A stretch of DNA of 64,000 bases, taken from contig CAWFQK010000001.1 of the NCBI GenBank assembly GCA_963817955.1, forward strand, positions 352,001-416,000. Reading direction: 5' to 3'. The notes beneath the pieces are model-generated. The model had not been told where the DNA came from, made no database searches, and saw nothing but the letters and a program-made list of their open reading frames with translations. Source of the DNA: an uncultured Gemmatimonadaceae bacterium (GTDB lineage: Bacteria > Gemmatimonadota > Gemmatimonadetes > Gemmatimonadales > Gemmatimonadaceae). Within the stretch, counting starts at the first letter, position 1. Each line of letters starts with the position of its first letter. Shown here piece after piece: positions 49,604-62,536 of the stretch. The translations under genes were made by a program, and so were the position numbers.

Positions 49604-50620
49604 ATGACGTGGAAGCGATGGGCGTTCACGGCGGCGTCGTTCGCCGCGGTGATCGGCGTTTCGGTGTATTTCATACTGAGCTGGTGGCGCGCCGGTAGCG
49701 CCATCGGGCTGCCGCTCCGGGCCCATCTCCTGGCGATCACTGCGGTGGTCGTCGAGATCCTCACGCGATCGTGGAAAGTCACGTGGAGCGCCAAGGCGGC
49801 GCAGATCGATCTCAAATTCACCACGGCGCTACGTACCACTCTCGCGGGTGACTTTGGCGCGTCGATCACACCGGCGCGATCCGGCGCCGAGCCGGCACGT
49901 TTTCTCGTGCTCGCGGAAGCAGGTATTCCGACGTCGAGCGCACTCGTCATTCTGTTCGCCGAGTTATTCGTGGAGGCGCTGTCGCTTGCGACGGTAGTGC
50001 TCATCGTCGCGTTCGTGTTCGCCCACGCGGGCGTCGTGCTCGGTGCGCTCGTCGGTGTGGTTGGTGCGTATGCCGGATTCGTCATCGGCCTCGCGACAGT
50101 CGCCGTCGTGTTGTCGCGGCGTCATGTCGACGACGCTGCGCCCAACTGGGCGCGGCGTCTGGGACTCGGCGGAACCCGTTGGCGGACGATCCAGCGGTGG
50201 TTCGCACAGGTGCGTACGACGGTAGACAGCGTGAAGCACATCGACATGCGCTGGGCCGTCGGGTCGTACACGATGTCAGTGATTCACGTGGCCATGCGTC
50301 TCTGTGTGCTGCCGGCACTGGTGCTCGGCGCGGGCGCACACGCGGCATTGGCCCCCTTGGCGCTCTGGCCACTCGGGCTGCTGTACGGAGCCGCGGTGGT
50401 TCCTGCACCGGGCGGCGGGGGTGCGGTGGAGCTCGCGTTTCGCGCAGCGCTGGCGCCGGTAATCGGACCGGGTCTGTTCGCCGCCGCGCTCCTGTGGTGG
50501 CGGTTCTACACCTTCTACATCTACATCATCCTCGGCGCGGTCGTCGCCGGAGGTACGGCAATCCGAGCCATGCGGAAGACAGCGGAGCTGGAGGACGAGC
50601 TAAAGATGGCAGAAGCTTGA
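49604..50620 (+). CDS. Lysylphosphatidylglycerol-synthase TM-domain (flippase-like, UPF0104) protein
   Basis: ITPARSGAEP, PAPGGGGAVE and LLWWRFYTFY motifs; multiple TMs. Confidence 0.82.
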   Translation: MTWKRWAFTAASFAAVIGVSVYFILSWWRAGSAIGLPLRAHLLAITAVVVEILTRSWKVTWSAKAAQIDLKFTTALRTTLAGDFGASITPARSGAEPARFLVLAEAGIPTSSALVILFAELFVEALSLATVVLIVAFVFAHAGVVLGALVGVVGAYAGFVIGLATVAVVLSRRHVDDAAPNWARRLGLGGTRWRTIQRWFAQVRTTVDSVKHIDMRWAVGSYTMSVIHVAMRLCVLPALVLGAGAHAALAPLALWPLGLLYGAAVVPAPGGGGAVELAFRAALAPVIGPGLFAAALLWWRFYTFYIYIILGAVVAGGTAIRAMRKTAELEDELKMAEA

Positions 50621-50641
50621 CGAGACACGAGACACGAGACA
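50620..50641. repeat. Tandem heptamer (ACGAGAC)x3 between convergent stop codons
   Basis: ACGAGAC ACGAGAC ACGAGAC A. Confidence 0.8.
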
Positions 50642-50646
50642 ACGGC

Positions 50647-52368
50647 CTAGCCGACGGGAGAGAGCACGTGCGTTTGCTGCGGGAAGTACGCGTTCCGGAC
50701 GTACTGCTCCACCATCCGCTGTGTATTGAAGAACGATCCGTTCAGCGAGATTGCCGAGCGCATGACTTCGGCGTAGGCGAATGGCAGGCCGTAATACAGC
50801 GGCAGGATGACGCGTTCGAGTTTTAGATAAATCTCATAAGAATCCTTCGACTGATCGCCGTCCGGCTCGGAGCCGCCAATCGACCAGCCGGTCACGCCTT
50901 CGACGTGGCCTTCGATCCACCACCCGTCGAGCACGCTCAGGCTGGGGACGCCGTTGAGCGCCGCTTTCATTCCGCTCGTGCCGCTCGCCTCGAGCGGCTT
51001 CATGGGATTGTTCAACCAGAGGTCGACGCCGGCGACCATCTTGCCGGCAATCTCCATCTCGTAGTTCTCGACGTACACCACGGTCACCTGGCCCGCCAAC
51101 TCGGCGGACGCCTCGTGGATGCGGCGAATGAGGTCTTTGCCGCCATTGTCGTTCGGGTGCGCCTTGCCACCGAATACGATTTGCAGCGGACCCACGCTCG
51201 ACGCGATCTCGGCGAGACGCTCGGGATTTGCGAACACGAGATCGGCGCGCTTGTACGGCGTCGCGCGACGGGCGAATCCGATCGTGAATACTTTGGGATC
51301 GAGATCCACGCCCGTTCGCTCCGCAACCGCGGCGCTCATCACCCGCTTTGCTTCGGCATGGGCGGTTCGAATCTCCTGCAGCGGAATGCTCACCGCGTAC
51401 CGGAGGTACAGATTGTCGGACCGCCATTCGGGAATACGCCGGTCAAACAGCGCTTGAAACGATGGCGACGTCCACGTGCCAGCATGCACGCCGTTCGTAA
51501 TCGCGTCGATCGGGAAATTCGGGAACATGCCCTGCGACACCTCGCGGTGCTTCATCGCCACGCCATTGACGAAGCGTGCCAGGCGCAGCGCGAGATGCGT
51601 CAGGTTCAACGTGCCAGCATCGAGACAGTTCGCCGCCCTGAGCACGGCGACGTGCTGTTCGCCGAGCGCGCGCCGCACCATCTCGAGCGGAAACTTGTCG
51701 TGGCCGGCCGGCACAGGCGTATGCGTCGTGAAGACGCAGCGGTCGCGCACTGCCTCGAGATCCGTCTCGTCGAGCTCGAACGCCTTCCGGCCGTCGAGCT
51801 GCCAATCGAGCAGACACAGCGTGAGCAGAGCGGAATGGCCCTCATTCAAATGATAGATCTCGGCAGGACAGTCCAGTTCGCGCAGCAGCGCGGCGCCGCC
51901 CATCCCGAGCACGATCTCCTGGCAGAGGCGGTAGTGACTATCGCCGCCGTACAGCGAGTCGGTCAGCGTTCGATCCCACTCGCTGTTCTCAGGCAGTTGC
52001 GTGTCCAGCAGATAGACGGGCACTTGATGGCCGTTTACACCGCGCACTCGGTATTTCCAGGCGCGCACGTGCACCGTGCGACCTTCGATGACGACTGTCG
52101 TGCGCGCGTCAACCGCTTCAAGCTCCTGCTCCGGCCGCCACACCACCGGCCTTTCCGTCTGATTGCCAACGCCGTCGAGATGCTGCTCGAAGTATCCCTT
52201 TCGGTGGAGCAGCGTTATGGCCACCACCGGAACAGCGAGGTCGGCCGCAGAGCGCAGCGTGTCCCCGGCAAGTACACCAAGACCGCCGCTGTACGTGGGG
52301 ATCGCCTTGTCGAGCGCAATCTCCATGGAGAAGTACGCAACGGTCTTATTCATTGTACGAGCGCTCAT
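50647..52368 (-). CDS. glgP: Alpha-glucan phosphorylase (GT35, compact form)
   Basis: YFSME, YSGGLGVLAGD, HLNEGH, FTTHTPVPAGHD, FARR..YKR and EASGTSGMKA (PLP lysine) motifs. Confidence 0.93.
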   Translation of the reverse strand: MSARTMNKTVAYFSMEIALDKAIPTYSGGLGVLAGDTLRSAADLAVPVVAITLLHRKGYFEQHLDGVGNQTERPVVWRPEQELEAVDARTTVVIEGRTVHVRAWKYRVRGVNGHQVPVYLLDTQLPENSEWDRTLTDSLYGGDSHYRLCQEIVLGMGGAALLRELDCPAEIYHLNEGHSALLTLCLLDWQLDGRKAFELDETDLEAVRDRCVFTTHTPVPAGHDKFPLEMVRRALGEQHVAVLRAANCLDAGTLNLTHLALRLARFVNGVAMKHREVSQGMFPNFPIDAITNGVHAGTWTSPSFQALFDRRIPEWRSDNLYLRYAVSIPLQEIRTAHAEAKRVMSAAVAERTGVDLDPKVFTIGFARRATPYKRADLVFANPERLAEIASSVGPLQIVFGGKAHPNDNGGKDLIRRIHEASAELAGQVTVVYVENYEMEIAGKMVAGVDLWLNNPMKPLEASGTSGMKAALNGVPSLSVLDGWWIEGHVEGVTGWSIGGSEPDGDQSKDSYEIYLKLERVILPLYYGLPFAYAEVMRSAISLNGSFFNTQRMVEQYVRNAYFPQQTHVLSPVG

Positions 52369-52427
52369 TCAGTCCTCGGTAACTGCCGATAACACCACCT
52401 CGTACCCCGCTACCGGCGAACGGCAAG

Positions 52428-55034
52428 CTATAGGATGGACACGGCGACTGGAAGTTTTGCCAGCGTCGTCGCCAGCGACATTGAGCCAGAGGCGACCTCG
52501 ACCGCATCCCCTAGCAAGTGCGATTGCCACAGTGCCGACGCAACGTGGTCGGGGAGCACGACCGCTGTGTTCCCCCACCATTGGGCGTTCTCTTTGGCAA
52601 CAAGCGTGCAGACGAGGCGCGATGCGATGGTGATGGCGTGGTGGGCGCCGAAGCTGCGCAAGAAGGCAAAGACATGCCCGGCACGTTCGCCACGTACGTC
52701 GAGTGGACGATAGGCACCTCGCGTCATGAGATCCGGGTGGCTACGGCGCAACGCGAGCAACCGGTGCGTCACGAACAGCTTGGTGCGACCGTCAAACCAA
52801 TCGGCCGTGCCATCCTGCAACCGCCTGGCGACATCGGCCGTATCGGCGAGCACGGCGACGCGCGCATCGTAATCCACTTGACGCCGGTTGTCCGGATCGA
52901 CCAAGGCATAGTTCCAGAGCTCGTCGCCCTGGTAGAGATCCGGTGTTCCGGGCGACGTGAGATGGATGGCAATGCGCGAGAGCGCGTTCCACGCTCCCGC
53001 CTGCGCGATGCGCGCCACGAAGCGGGCGACGTCCGATAGAAACGGAGTGTCATCCGACGGCTCGAGCGCGGCGGACACAAAGCTCATAAGAGCGTTTTCG
53101 TATGCCGGGTCGGGCTGGACCCAGCTCGTGCGAAGCCTGGCTTCGCGGGCCGCCTTGAGCAGGTACGCGGCGAGCCGCTCGCATGCTCCGTCGAGCCATG
53201 CACGATCGGGTAGGTCATCGATCCGACGGCCGGAGCGCGGCGGCGGCCAGAGCGACACCAGCATCTGATAGAACAGGTACTCGGTGTTCGTGTCCGGAGC
53301 CATGCGACCGTCCACCGTGCGCCGATGTTTACCATTGAGCCGGCGCCAACGTTTGAGCGAACGCTCCCATTCCCGCGGCAGCTCACTGAGCACGTCGAGG
53401 CGCGCTCGCACGTCGGCGCTTCGCTTTGTGTCGTGCGTGTTCGTGGTGGTGAGCGCCTGGGGCCACCGCGTGGCACGCGTGGCATTCGCCACATGGAGCC
53501 GCGGTATCGCGTCGTCGAGCAGACGTGCCGGCGTTCCCCCAACCTCATCGCGAGAGGCGAGCGGTACATACACGTAGAGCGCCGTGTCCTCCACCCCTTT
53601 TGCCGTTGCCGGCCCGCTCAGCTGCTGCAGCCGCTGCGCAAAGGTCAAGCGCGATCCCGGGTCCGCGTTCGGCACGCGATCCAACAGCAGGTCGCGAATG
53701 AACGTCACGCACTCAGTCTGCGGGAGCGCAGCGGCTGCCTGTTCGATGACCGCTGCATCCGCAGGATCGACGGGGTTGGCGTCGATGTACGTCCTATACA
53801 CGGGGAGCGCGGACAGGAATTGCACGAGCGCGTCGGTCAACTCCTGCGTCGTCCATCGGTGGCCCGTGGCGCGTGCGATCGGTGCGAGAAGGAACACCAG
53901 GCGCGCGACGTCTGCTCGGAGCGGGCCAGTGAGCATCGCGGTCTTTCCTGCGTTGGCGACATCGCCGAACGTCTTGTGGCCGAGTTTGCGCATGCGACGG
54001 TAGCAATCGTCGAGCTCGGCGAACCCGGCAGCGTCGATGAACACCTCCTCGACATCGTTGAGAAACTCATAACCCGTCGTGCCGGTCACCGGCCATGAGG
54101 CGCGGAGCTGCTCGTGCGACGACAGGATCTTCTCCACGAAGAGCGGCATGTCGCGCGGCGTGACGCTGCGCAGGCGGGCGAGATACGCTGCCGGATCGAG
54201 GAGCCCGTCGATGTGATCGATACGCACCCCGTCGATCACGCCGCTCCGAATCAGCTCGAGCACGAAGCCGTGCGTCTCATGGAAAACCACCGGGTCTTCC
54301 ATGCGGAGCGCCACGAGATCATTCACGTCGAAGAATCGCCGGTAATTGATCTCTGTCGCCGCGCGCCGCCACGACACGAGGCAATAATGCTGCGCATGGA
54401 GCAACGCGCGTAACCGGACGCGTCCTTCGGGGGCGGAATACTGCGTCGCCAACTCGCCCGTCTCCTCCGTGTCGAACTGCACCAGCTGCAGCTCCGCCGG
54501 CAGCGACCCGAAGTCGATGGGAAAACTGTGCGAGAAATACACGATGCGCGGGGTGTCGCCCTCACGAATGCGGAGCGTGATCTCCCCCCGTCCGATCACC
54601 GCATCGAGCTCATCGCCAAGCACCGGCAGTACGACCTGGCGGCCGTGGCCGTCGCGCGGCGACCAATCGATGTCGAACCAGCGCGCGTAGCGCGATCGCT
54701 CGCCGTGCGTCAGGACATCGTCCCAGTACGGATTCTCGGCACCAGTGCCCATATGATTGGGCACGATGTCGACGATCAGTCCCATCTCGCGCGCGTGAAG
54801 GTCGGTCGATAGTGCGCGGAGATCGGCGTCAGTCCCCAACTCCGGATTCACGCGGCACGGATCGACGACGTCGTAGCCGTGCATGCTGCCGTGGCGCGCG
54901 GCGAGAATGGGCGACAGATACAAATGCGAAACGCCAAGTTGCTCAAAATAGTCCAGCCGCCGTCGCGCATCCTCCAGGGTGAAGCCGGCGTTCATCTGCA
55001 GACGGTACGTCGCTGTCAGGCGCGGATTCTCCAT
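52428..55034 (-). CDS. treY: Malto-oligosyltrehalose synthase (GH13)
   Basis: ATYRLQ, HGYDVVD, DIVPNHM, INYRRFFDVN, RIDHIDGL, THDTKRS and LVDPDNRR motifs. Confidence 0.95.
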   Translation of the reverse strand: MENPRLTATYRLQMNAGFTLEDARRRLDYFEQLGVSHLYLSPILAARHGSMHGYDVVDPCRVNPELGTDADLRALSTDLHAREMGLIVDIVPNHMGTGAENPYWDDVLTHGERSRYARWFDIDWSPRDGHGRQVVLPVLGDELDAVIGRGEITLRIREGDTPRIVYFSHSFPIDFGSLPAELQLVQFDTEETGELATQYSAPEGRVRLRALLHAQHYCLVSWRRAATEINYRRFFDVNDLVALRMEDPVVFHETHGFVLELIRSGVIDGVRIDHIDGLLDPAAYLARLRSVTPRDMPLFVEKILSSHEQLRASWPVTGTTGYEFLNDVEEVFIDAAGFAELDDCYRRMRKLGHKTFGDVANAGKTAMLTGPLRADVARLVFLLAPIARATGHRWTTQELTDALVQFLSALPVYRTYIDANPVDPADAAVIEQAAAALPQTECVTFIRDLLLDRVPNADPGSRLTFAQRLQQLSGPATAKGVEDTALYVYVPLASRDEVGGTPARLLDDAIPRLHVANATRATRWPQALTTTNTHDTKRSADVRARLDVLSELPREWERSLKRWRRLNGKHRRTVDGRMAPDTNTEYLFYQMLVSLWPPPRSGRRIDDLPDRAWLDGACERLAAYLLKAAREARLRTSWVQPDPAYENALMSFVSAALEPSDDTPFLSDVARFVARIAQAGAWNALSRIAIHLTSPGTPDLYQGDELWNYALVDPDNRRQVDYDARVAVLADTADVARRLQDGTADWFDGRTKLFVTHRLLALRRSHPDLMTRGAYRPLDVRGERAGHVFAFLRSFGAHHAITIASRLVCTLVAKENAQWWGNTAVVLPDHVASALWQSHLLGDAVEVASGSMSLATTLAKLPVAVSIL

Positions 55035-55037
55035 GAG

Positions 55038-57233
55038 TCATCCGATGACGACGTTGGATCGCACGCGCCCGTCACAGCGAAGCGCGGCACGCACCTCGTC
55101 GCTCTCCGTGATCACCTCCAACGGCTGCCTCATCTTGCGCGTCCAGCTCGGATGCAGGTCCGCACCGACGCCAGGTATGTTCACCGCCTCCTCTTCACCG
55201 ACAAGATCGTCGAGCGACAATCCGACGAGCTGCGACGGCGTGCGACAGAGAAAACCGTGTACGGCCGCGCACAGATCCTCCGGTGAATACACGTAGCCCG
55301 GACCGCGAATCACTTTCTCGTGCGTCAGCCGGGCGAGCAGTGCGTCAACATCCTGCTGGCGCTCCACCCGCGCCCGCGCCGCATCGGCATCGCTGCCAAT
55401 GAGACCCACGCGGCGCCTTGCATCGATGTCGCGCCCAGACCAGAACCCGGCGAGCGGCGGCATGTCGTGCGTGTTCGCCGTGGCCAGCGCCAACGAGGGA
55501 TAACTGCGCGACGGTTTGTAACGCCCGCGCCTGTCTCGCTCGAAGTACAACACCTTCGATGACAGCACGCCCCACTTCTTCAGCGCCGGTGGCACGTTGG
55601 ACGGAACGGTCCCGAGATCCTCGCCCACGACCACGGCCGCATTTCGCACGCTCTCTAGCGCGATGATGCCCAGCAGATCCTCGAACGGATACTGCACGTA
55701 CGCGCCATGCTCGGCCCCTTTCCCGTCGGGAATCCAGAACAGGCGCGACAACCCCATCACGTGATCGATCCGCAGCGCCCCCGCATGTCGGAAACCGGCG
55801 CGCACGAGGTCGATAAAGTAGCGGTACCGATCTCTGCGCAACGCACGCGGATCGATCGGCGGCACCCCCCACACCTGGCCGCTGGCGGCGTATGGGTCTG
55901 GTGGCGCCCCCACGCTCACGCCGCTCACGAACAGGTGCGGATCGGACCACACATCCGCGCCTCCCGGCGACGTGCCGATCGCAAGATCCTGATACAGTCC
56001 GATCCGCATGCCCGCGTCGTGCGCCCGCACGGCAGACGCGGCCAACTGTCGATCGGCTTCGAATTGCAGCCACTTGTGGTACGTGACGCGCTCGGAATGC
56101 GTGCGACGGAGCGCGGTCACGGCGGCCGATGCTGGATCGCGCAGGTCGTTGGGCCAAGTCCGCCAGTCGCTTCCATGACCCGCCATTTCGGCGAGCGTCA
56201 TCCATGTGGCGAATCGGTCGAGCGCCACTCCCTGCACGTCGACATAGGCGCAGAAGGCTCGATCGCGCACGGTGCCCGATCCGCGTACGCGCTCGGTGAA
56301 CACCTTGAACAGTGCGTCGAGCACGAGGCCCTTGACGCCCATCACTTGTTCGTAGCGCACCGTTGAGGATTCACGTAACGCGTGCAGCTGGGCCTCGAGC
56401 TCTGTCGACGTGATGGCCTCTCGCAGCTCCGGCGCCTGCTCCAGCTCCGGTACGCATGCAACATCTATGTAGATCGGATTGCGAAACAGCCGGCTCACGG
56501 GACTGTACGGACTGACGTCGGCGCCCCGATTGAGCATTGCGTGCAGCGGGTTCACGCCAACGAAGTCAGCGCCCACTGTCGCGCCCCATTCGGCGAGTGA
56601 CGCAAGATCGGAGAAATCGCCGACGCCCCAGTTTCTGTCGCTTCGCACGGAATACAGGTTGGCAATCAGGCCGAACGCACCGACGGCACCAATGCAGTCC
56701 GCCGGCGTCACGCAACGCGGCGGCACCACGATCAGCGCCTGCTCGCCCATCCATTCTTTTCCGCCGGCGCCGAGCGACACGCGCACACGATGGTACCCCA
56801 GCGGAAGCGGCGACAGCCGCAGAGTCAACGACCCTCTGCCTTGCCACTGACCTTCCGTTACCTGCAGATCACCTTCGTCCGTCTGGATCTCGAGCCGCCA
56901 CGACCCACCGTTCGCGCGGCCGGCGGGAGGGCGGACGAGCACATTCGCCGACTCAGCCACTCGCAGCACGCGCACGGGCGCGAGCAACTCCTCGCGCTCA
57001 TCTGAGCGCCACGCGGCAAGCGATTCGGCGGCCGCTTCCTCGCTCGACACGTCGAGCCCCAGCGCGCCGAGCAGGTCGCGCCGAGTCGCGTCACTCGTGC
57101 ACCGCTTTGCCTTCCCCGTCTGATCGACGTACTCGTCGATGATGCCGACGGATCGCGACAACACCCGCAGCGCCGAATCACTCGTGTCGCGCGACGTGTC
57201 GCGCGGCGTGCCGCGCACTGCACTCCGACTCAC
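55038..57233 (-). CDS. malQ: 4-alpha-glucanotransferase (amylomaltase, GH77)
   Basis: WGVGDF, SPYSP, DLAIG, LRIDHVMGL, GEDLG and THDMP motifs; GTGA overlap with glgB. Confidence 0.93.
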   Translation of the reverse strand: MSRSAVRGTPRDTSRDTSDSALRVLSRSVGIIDEYVDQTGKAKRCTSDATRRDLLGALGLDVSSEEAAAESLAAWRSDEREELLAPVRVLRVAESANVLVRPPAGRANGGSWRLEIQTDEGDLQVTEGQWQGRGSLTLRLSPLPLGYHRVRVSLGAGGKEWMGEQALIVVPPRCVTPADCIGAVGAFGLIANLYSVRSDRNWGVGDFSDLASLAEWGATVGADFVGVNPLHAMLNRGADVSPYSPVSRLFRNPIYIDVACVPELEQAPELREAITSTELEAQLHALRESSTVRYEQVMGVKGLVLDALFKVFTERVRGSGTVRDRAFCAYVDVQGVALDRFATWMTLAEMAGHGSDWRTWPNDLRDPASAAVTALRRTHSERVTYHKWLQFEADRQLAASAVRAHDAGMRIGLYQDLAIGTSPGGADVWSDPHLFVSGVSVGAPPDPYAASGQVWGVPPIDPRALRRDRYRYFIDLVRAGFRHAGALRIDHVMGLSRLFWIPDGKGAEHGAYVQYPFEDLLGIIALESVRNAAVVVGEDLGTVPSNVPPALKKWGVLSSKVLYFERDRRGRYKPSRSYPSLALATANTHDMPPLAGFWSGRDIDARRRVGLIGSDADAARARVERQQDVDALLARLTHEKVIRGPGYVYSPEDLCAAVHGFLCRTPSQLVGLSLDDLVGEEEAVNIPGVGADLHPSWTRKMRQPLEVITESDEVRAALRCDGRVRSNVVIG

Positions 57234-59485
57234 GGCAACGCTGGGGCAAGCACGAGTGCACCCAACGGCGGCAACGTCACTGCGATCGACTGTGGATAGC
57301 CGTGAACGGGCAATGGCTCGCTCGCGACGCCATGGAACGCGCCGAATCCGCTGCCACCCCACTCGAGATCATCGCTCGACAGCAGCCGCTCGTACCACCC
57401 ACCCGTTGGCACGCCGATGCGATAGCCCTCGCGCGGAACGGGCGTGAGGTTGAGGACCACCACCGCCAGCGACGGCCCGGCGCTACGCACGAACGAAATG
57501 ACCGAGTTCTCCCGGTCCGCGACGTCGATCCAGCGGAACCCCTCCCAACTCGGATCCTCGCGCCAGAATGCCGGCTCGTGCTTGTACATGGTGGCCAGCC
57601 GCGAAAGAAAGCGGCCGAGCGCGGTGCGGTTCGGATCGTCGCGCAAATGCCAGTCGAGGCTGATGTCGTGGTTCCACTCGTTCCACGACCCCAGCTCGGT
57701 CCCCATGAACATCAGCTTCTTGCCGGGACGTGTGAACATGTACGCGAGCAGCAGGCGCAGATTCGCGAGCCGCTGCCATTCGTCGCCCGGCATCTTCGTG
57801 AGCAACGAGCCCTTGCCGTGTACCATCTCGTCGTGCGACAGCGGCATGATGAACCGCTCGCTGTACTCGTACAGCATGGCGAACGTGATCTGGTCGTGTT
57901 GGAAACGACGATGCACGGGATCGAGCGCGAAGTACCCGAGGGTATCGTGCATCCACCCCATGTTCCACTTGAAGGTGAATCCAAGCCCTCCCTGGTCTAC
58001 CGGCGTCGTGACCCCGGGCCACGCCGTGGATTCCTCGGCGATCGTGATGGCGCCGGGACACTCGTGCCGGATCGTTCGATTGAACTGCGTGAGAAAGTCA
58101 ATCGCGTCGAGATTCTCGCGCCCGCCGTAACGATTGCGCAGCCACTCCCCCGCCTTCCGGCTGTAATCCAGATAGAGCATCGATGCGACGGCATCCACAC
58201 GCAACCCGTCTATGTGGAACTCGCCGATCCAGTACAGCGCGTTGGCAATGAGAAAATTACGAACTTCGTTGCGACCGTAGTTGAAGATGAGCGTCCCCCA
58301 ATCCGGGTGCTCGCCGAGCCGCGGATCTTCATGTTCGAACAACGCAGTTCCGTCGAACCGGCGCAGGGCGTAGTCGTCCTTCGGGAAGTGCGCCGGCACC
58401 CAGTCGAGGAACACGCCGATGTCGTTCTGATGCAGCGTATCCACGAGGTACCGCAGCTCGTCGGGCGTGCCGTAGCGCGAGCTCGGCGCGTAATACCCGC
58501 TCACCTGATAGCCCCACGAGCCGTAGAACGGATGCTCCATGATCGGCAGCAGCTCCACGTGGGTGAAGCCGAGCGCTCTCACGTGCTCCGCCAGGCGCGG
58601 CGCGATCTCGCGATAACTCAGCACGCGATCGCCTTCTTCCGGCACGCGCGCCCACGAGCCGAGGTGCACCTCGTAGATCGACATCGGCGCGCGCAGTGGA
58701 TCGGCATCGCGCCGCGCCGACAACCAATCTTGGTCGTTCCAGTGATAGCGACTTTCCGCTTGCACGATGGACGCGGTGCCGGGGTACTGCTCCATCTTTG
58801 CCGCAAACGGATCCGTCTTCAGCCGTATCGCATGTTCGTGCGTCAACAACTCGAACTTGTACAGCACGTCGGGTTTGATGTCGGGAAGAAAGATCTCCCA
58901 GACACCAGAGCTGCCCAGCATCCGCATGGGGAACATGCGACCGTCCCAGCCGCAGAAGGCGCCGACGACGCTCACGCGGCGCGCATTCGGCGCCCAGACG
59001 GCAAAGCTCACACCCTGGACACCGTCCACGGTGCGCACGTGTGCACCGAGCTTCTTCCACAGCTCGCGGTGCGTACCTTCGTTGAACAGGTGCAGATCCA
59101 CTTCGCCAAGTGTTGGCGGAAAGCGGTACGGGTCACCGCGTTCCCACATCGCGCCGTCGGCGTAATAGATCCGGTATTGATAGTCGAGCGGCAGCGTCGC
59201 ATCGGCGATGCATGCGCCATAGAGGTCGGAAAGGCCTTCGGCTTCACGTGTCATCTGTACCACCCGGCCATCCCGCGTCCAGCACTCCACGCGCACCGCA
59301 TTGGGAACGAGCAGGCGGACGACCACCCCATGGTGTTCGCCAACCATCGCTGGATGCGCCCCCAGGATCGAATGCGGGCTCGCGTGCTCGCCGGCGAGCA
59401 GCCGATCGAGATCAGCCTGATCGACAGGCGGCAAACCGCGCGGCGCGCGTTTCGTGCGCGTCGCGGGCTTCTTCTTTTCAACCAT
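57230..59485 (-). CDS. glgB: 1,4-alpha-glucan branching enzyme
   Basis: FAVWAPNA, YEVHLGSW, SWGYQ, DWVPAHFP, GLRVDAVASMLY, AEEST and LSHDE motifs. Confidence 0.97.
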   Translation of the reverse strand: MVEKKKPATRTKRAPRGLPPVDQADLDRLLAGEHASPHSILGAHPAMVGEHHGVVVRLLVPNAVRVECWTRDGRVVQMTREAEGLSDLYGACIADATLPLDYQYRIYYADGAMWERGDPYRFPPTLGEVDLHLFNEGTHRELWKKLGAHVRTVDGVQGVSFAVWAPNARRVSVVGAFCGWDGRMFPMRMLGSSGVWEIFLPDIKPDVLYKFELLTHEHAIRLKTDPFAAKMEQYPGTASIVQAESRYHWNDQDWLSARRDADPLRAPMSIYEVHLGSWARVPEEGDRVLSYREIAPRLAEHVRALGFTHVELLPIMEHPFYGSWGYQVSGYYAPSSRYGTPDELRYLVDTLHQNDIGVFLDWVPAHFPKDDYALRRFDGTALFEHEDPRLGEHPDWGTLIFNYGRNEVRNFLIANALYWIGEFHIDGLRVDAVASMLYLDYSRKAGEWLRNRYGGRENLDAIDFLTQFNRTIRHECPGAITIAEESTAWPGVTTPVDQGGLGFTFKWNMGWMHDTLGYFALDPVHRRFQHDQITFAMLYEYSERFIMPLSHDEMVHGKGSLLTKMPGDEWQRLANLRLLLAYMFTRPGKKLMFMGTELGSWNEWNHDISLDWHLRDDPNRTALGRFLSRLATMYKHEPAFWREDPSWEGFRWIDVADRENSVISFVRSAGPSLAVVVLNLTPVPREGYRIGVPTGGWYERLLSSDDLEWGGSGFGAFHGVASEPLPVHGYPQSIAVTLPPLGALVLAPALP

Positions 59486-59497
59486 TCCTATCCCTGT

Positions 59498-61648
<2,151 letters not shown>

Positions 61649-61712
61649 TTACCGGTAACCGGGTGGGTGGACCCAGGCAGGGAGCAAGACGTATTCCCTA
61701 CGATTCAACCGT

Positions 61713-62480
61713 TCAGAGCGCGCGAATCGCCTTGTTTACATAAGTGAAGATCTCGGGGTCCAAGCAGCTCCGTTCCATCATCTTCGGTTCTGTAGTGAAC
61801 GACGCACGCAACGTCTGCTCGATCGCCGGGTTGCCGCCGGTGAACTCGCGCACCAGCTCCCGCCACCGCGTGGCCAGCGGGCGCATCGCCTCGCTCGTCG
61901 GCTCGGTGCCCTTCTGCATTTCGGCGCGCACGCGCGCGATGAGAGTGGGCCATTCCGCCTCCACGGCGCGGATGTGCTCCGGTCCCAGCTCTTCGCCGCG
62001 TCGCTTGATCTCCTGCAACTGCTCGCTCGTGAAGTGCTTCTCGATCATGGTGATACCCTCGATGGCGTTGATGAAGTCGTCGGCCGACGCGGCGGCGCCC
62101 AATTCAAAGCTCGCGGCGAGCGTCTGGAGTAGCAGGACCAACCGCTGCTGCTGACCGATCTGCTCTCGCAGGCGTTCGACGTGCAGTTCGATCGTGCGAC
62201 GTGGGGTGAAGCGCGGCGAGTCGAGGCATTCGCGAACTTCGTCGAGGCTGAAACCAAGTTGCCGCAACGACTTGATCTGCTGCAGCCGCATCAGCTCGTC
62301 CGCACCATACAAGCGATGGTGTGAGTCCGTGTGCTGCGATGGTGGCAGCAATCCAATTTCGTCGTAGTAATGGAGCGTGCGCACCGACAGCCCGGTCCGC
62401 TTCGCCACCTCGCCCACCTTCATTTCGCGCGACCGCACGTAATCAGTCCCCGCTCGTCTTGGCGCCTGGAAATTGATCAT
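61713..62480 (-). CDS. MerR-family regulator with TipAS-like ligand-binding domain (TipA/Mta-like)
   Basis: VGEVAKRTGLSVRTLHYYDEIGLL, HRLY and LGFSL; C-terminal W..LV.EFTGG. Start is ATG 62480 (leaderless) or ATG 62423. Confidence 0.9.
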   Translation of the reverse strand: MINFQAPRRAGTDYVRSREMKVGEVAKRTGLSVRTLHYYDEIGLLPPSQHTDSHHRLYGADELMRLQQIKSLRQLGFSLDEVRECLDSPRFTPRRTIELHVERLREQIGQQQRLVLLLQTLAASFELGAAASADDFINAIEGITMIEKHFTSEQLQEIKRRGEELGPEHIRAVEAEWPTLIARVRAEMQKGTEPTSEAMRPLATRWRELVREFTGGNPAIEQTLRASFTTEPKMMERSCLDPEIFTYVNKAIRAL

Positions 62481-62486
62481 GACCGA

Positions 62487-62517
62487 ACCGTACAACCTTA
62501 CGTTACGTGAGGTGCAA
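62487..62517 (-). promoter_or_regulatory. MerR-type promoter with 19-bp spacer and operator dyad
   Basis: TTGCAC-(CTCACGTAACGTAAGGTTG, 19 nt)-TACGGT on the minus strand, with dyad ACCTCACGT-A-ACGTAAGGT. Confidence 0.8.
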
Positions 62518-62536
62518 GTCCTGAGTAAGCTTTGAG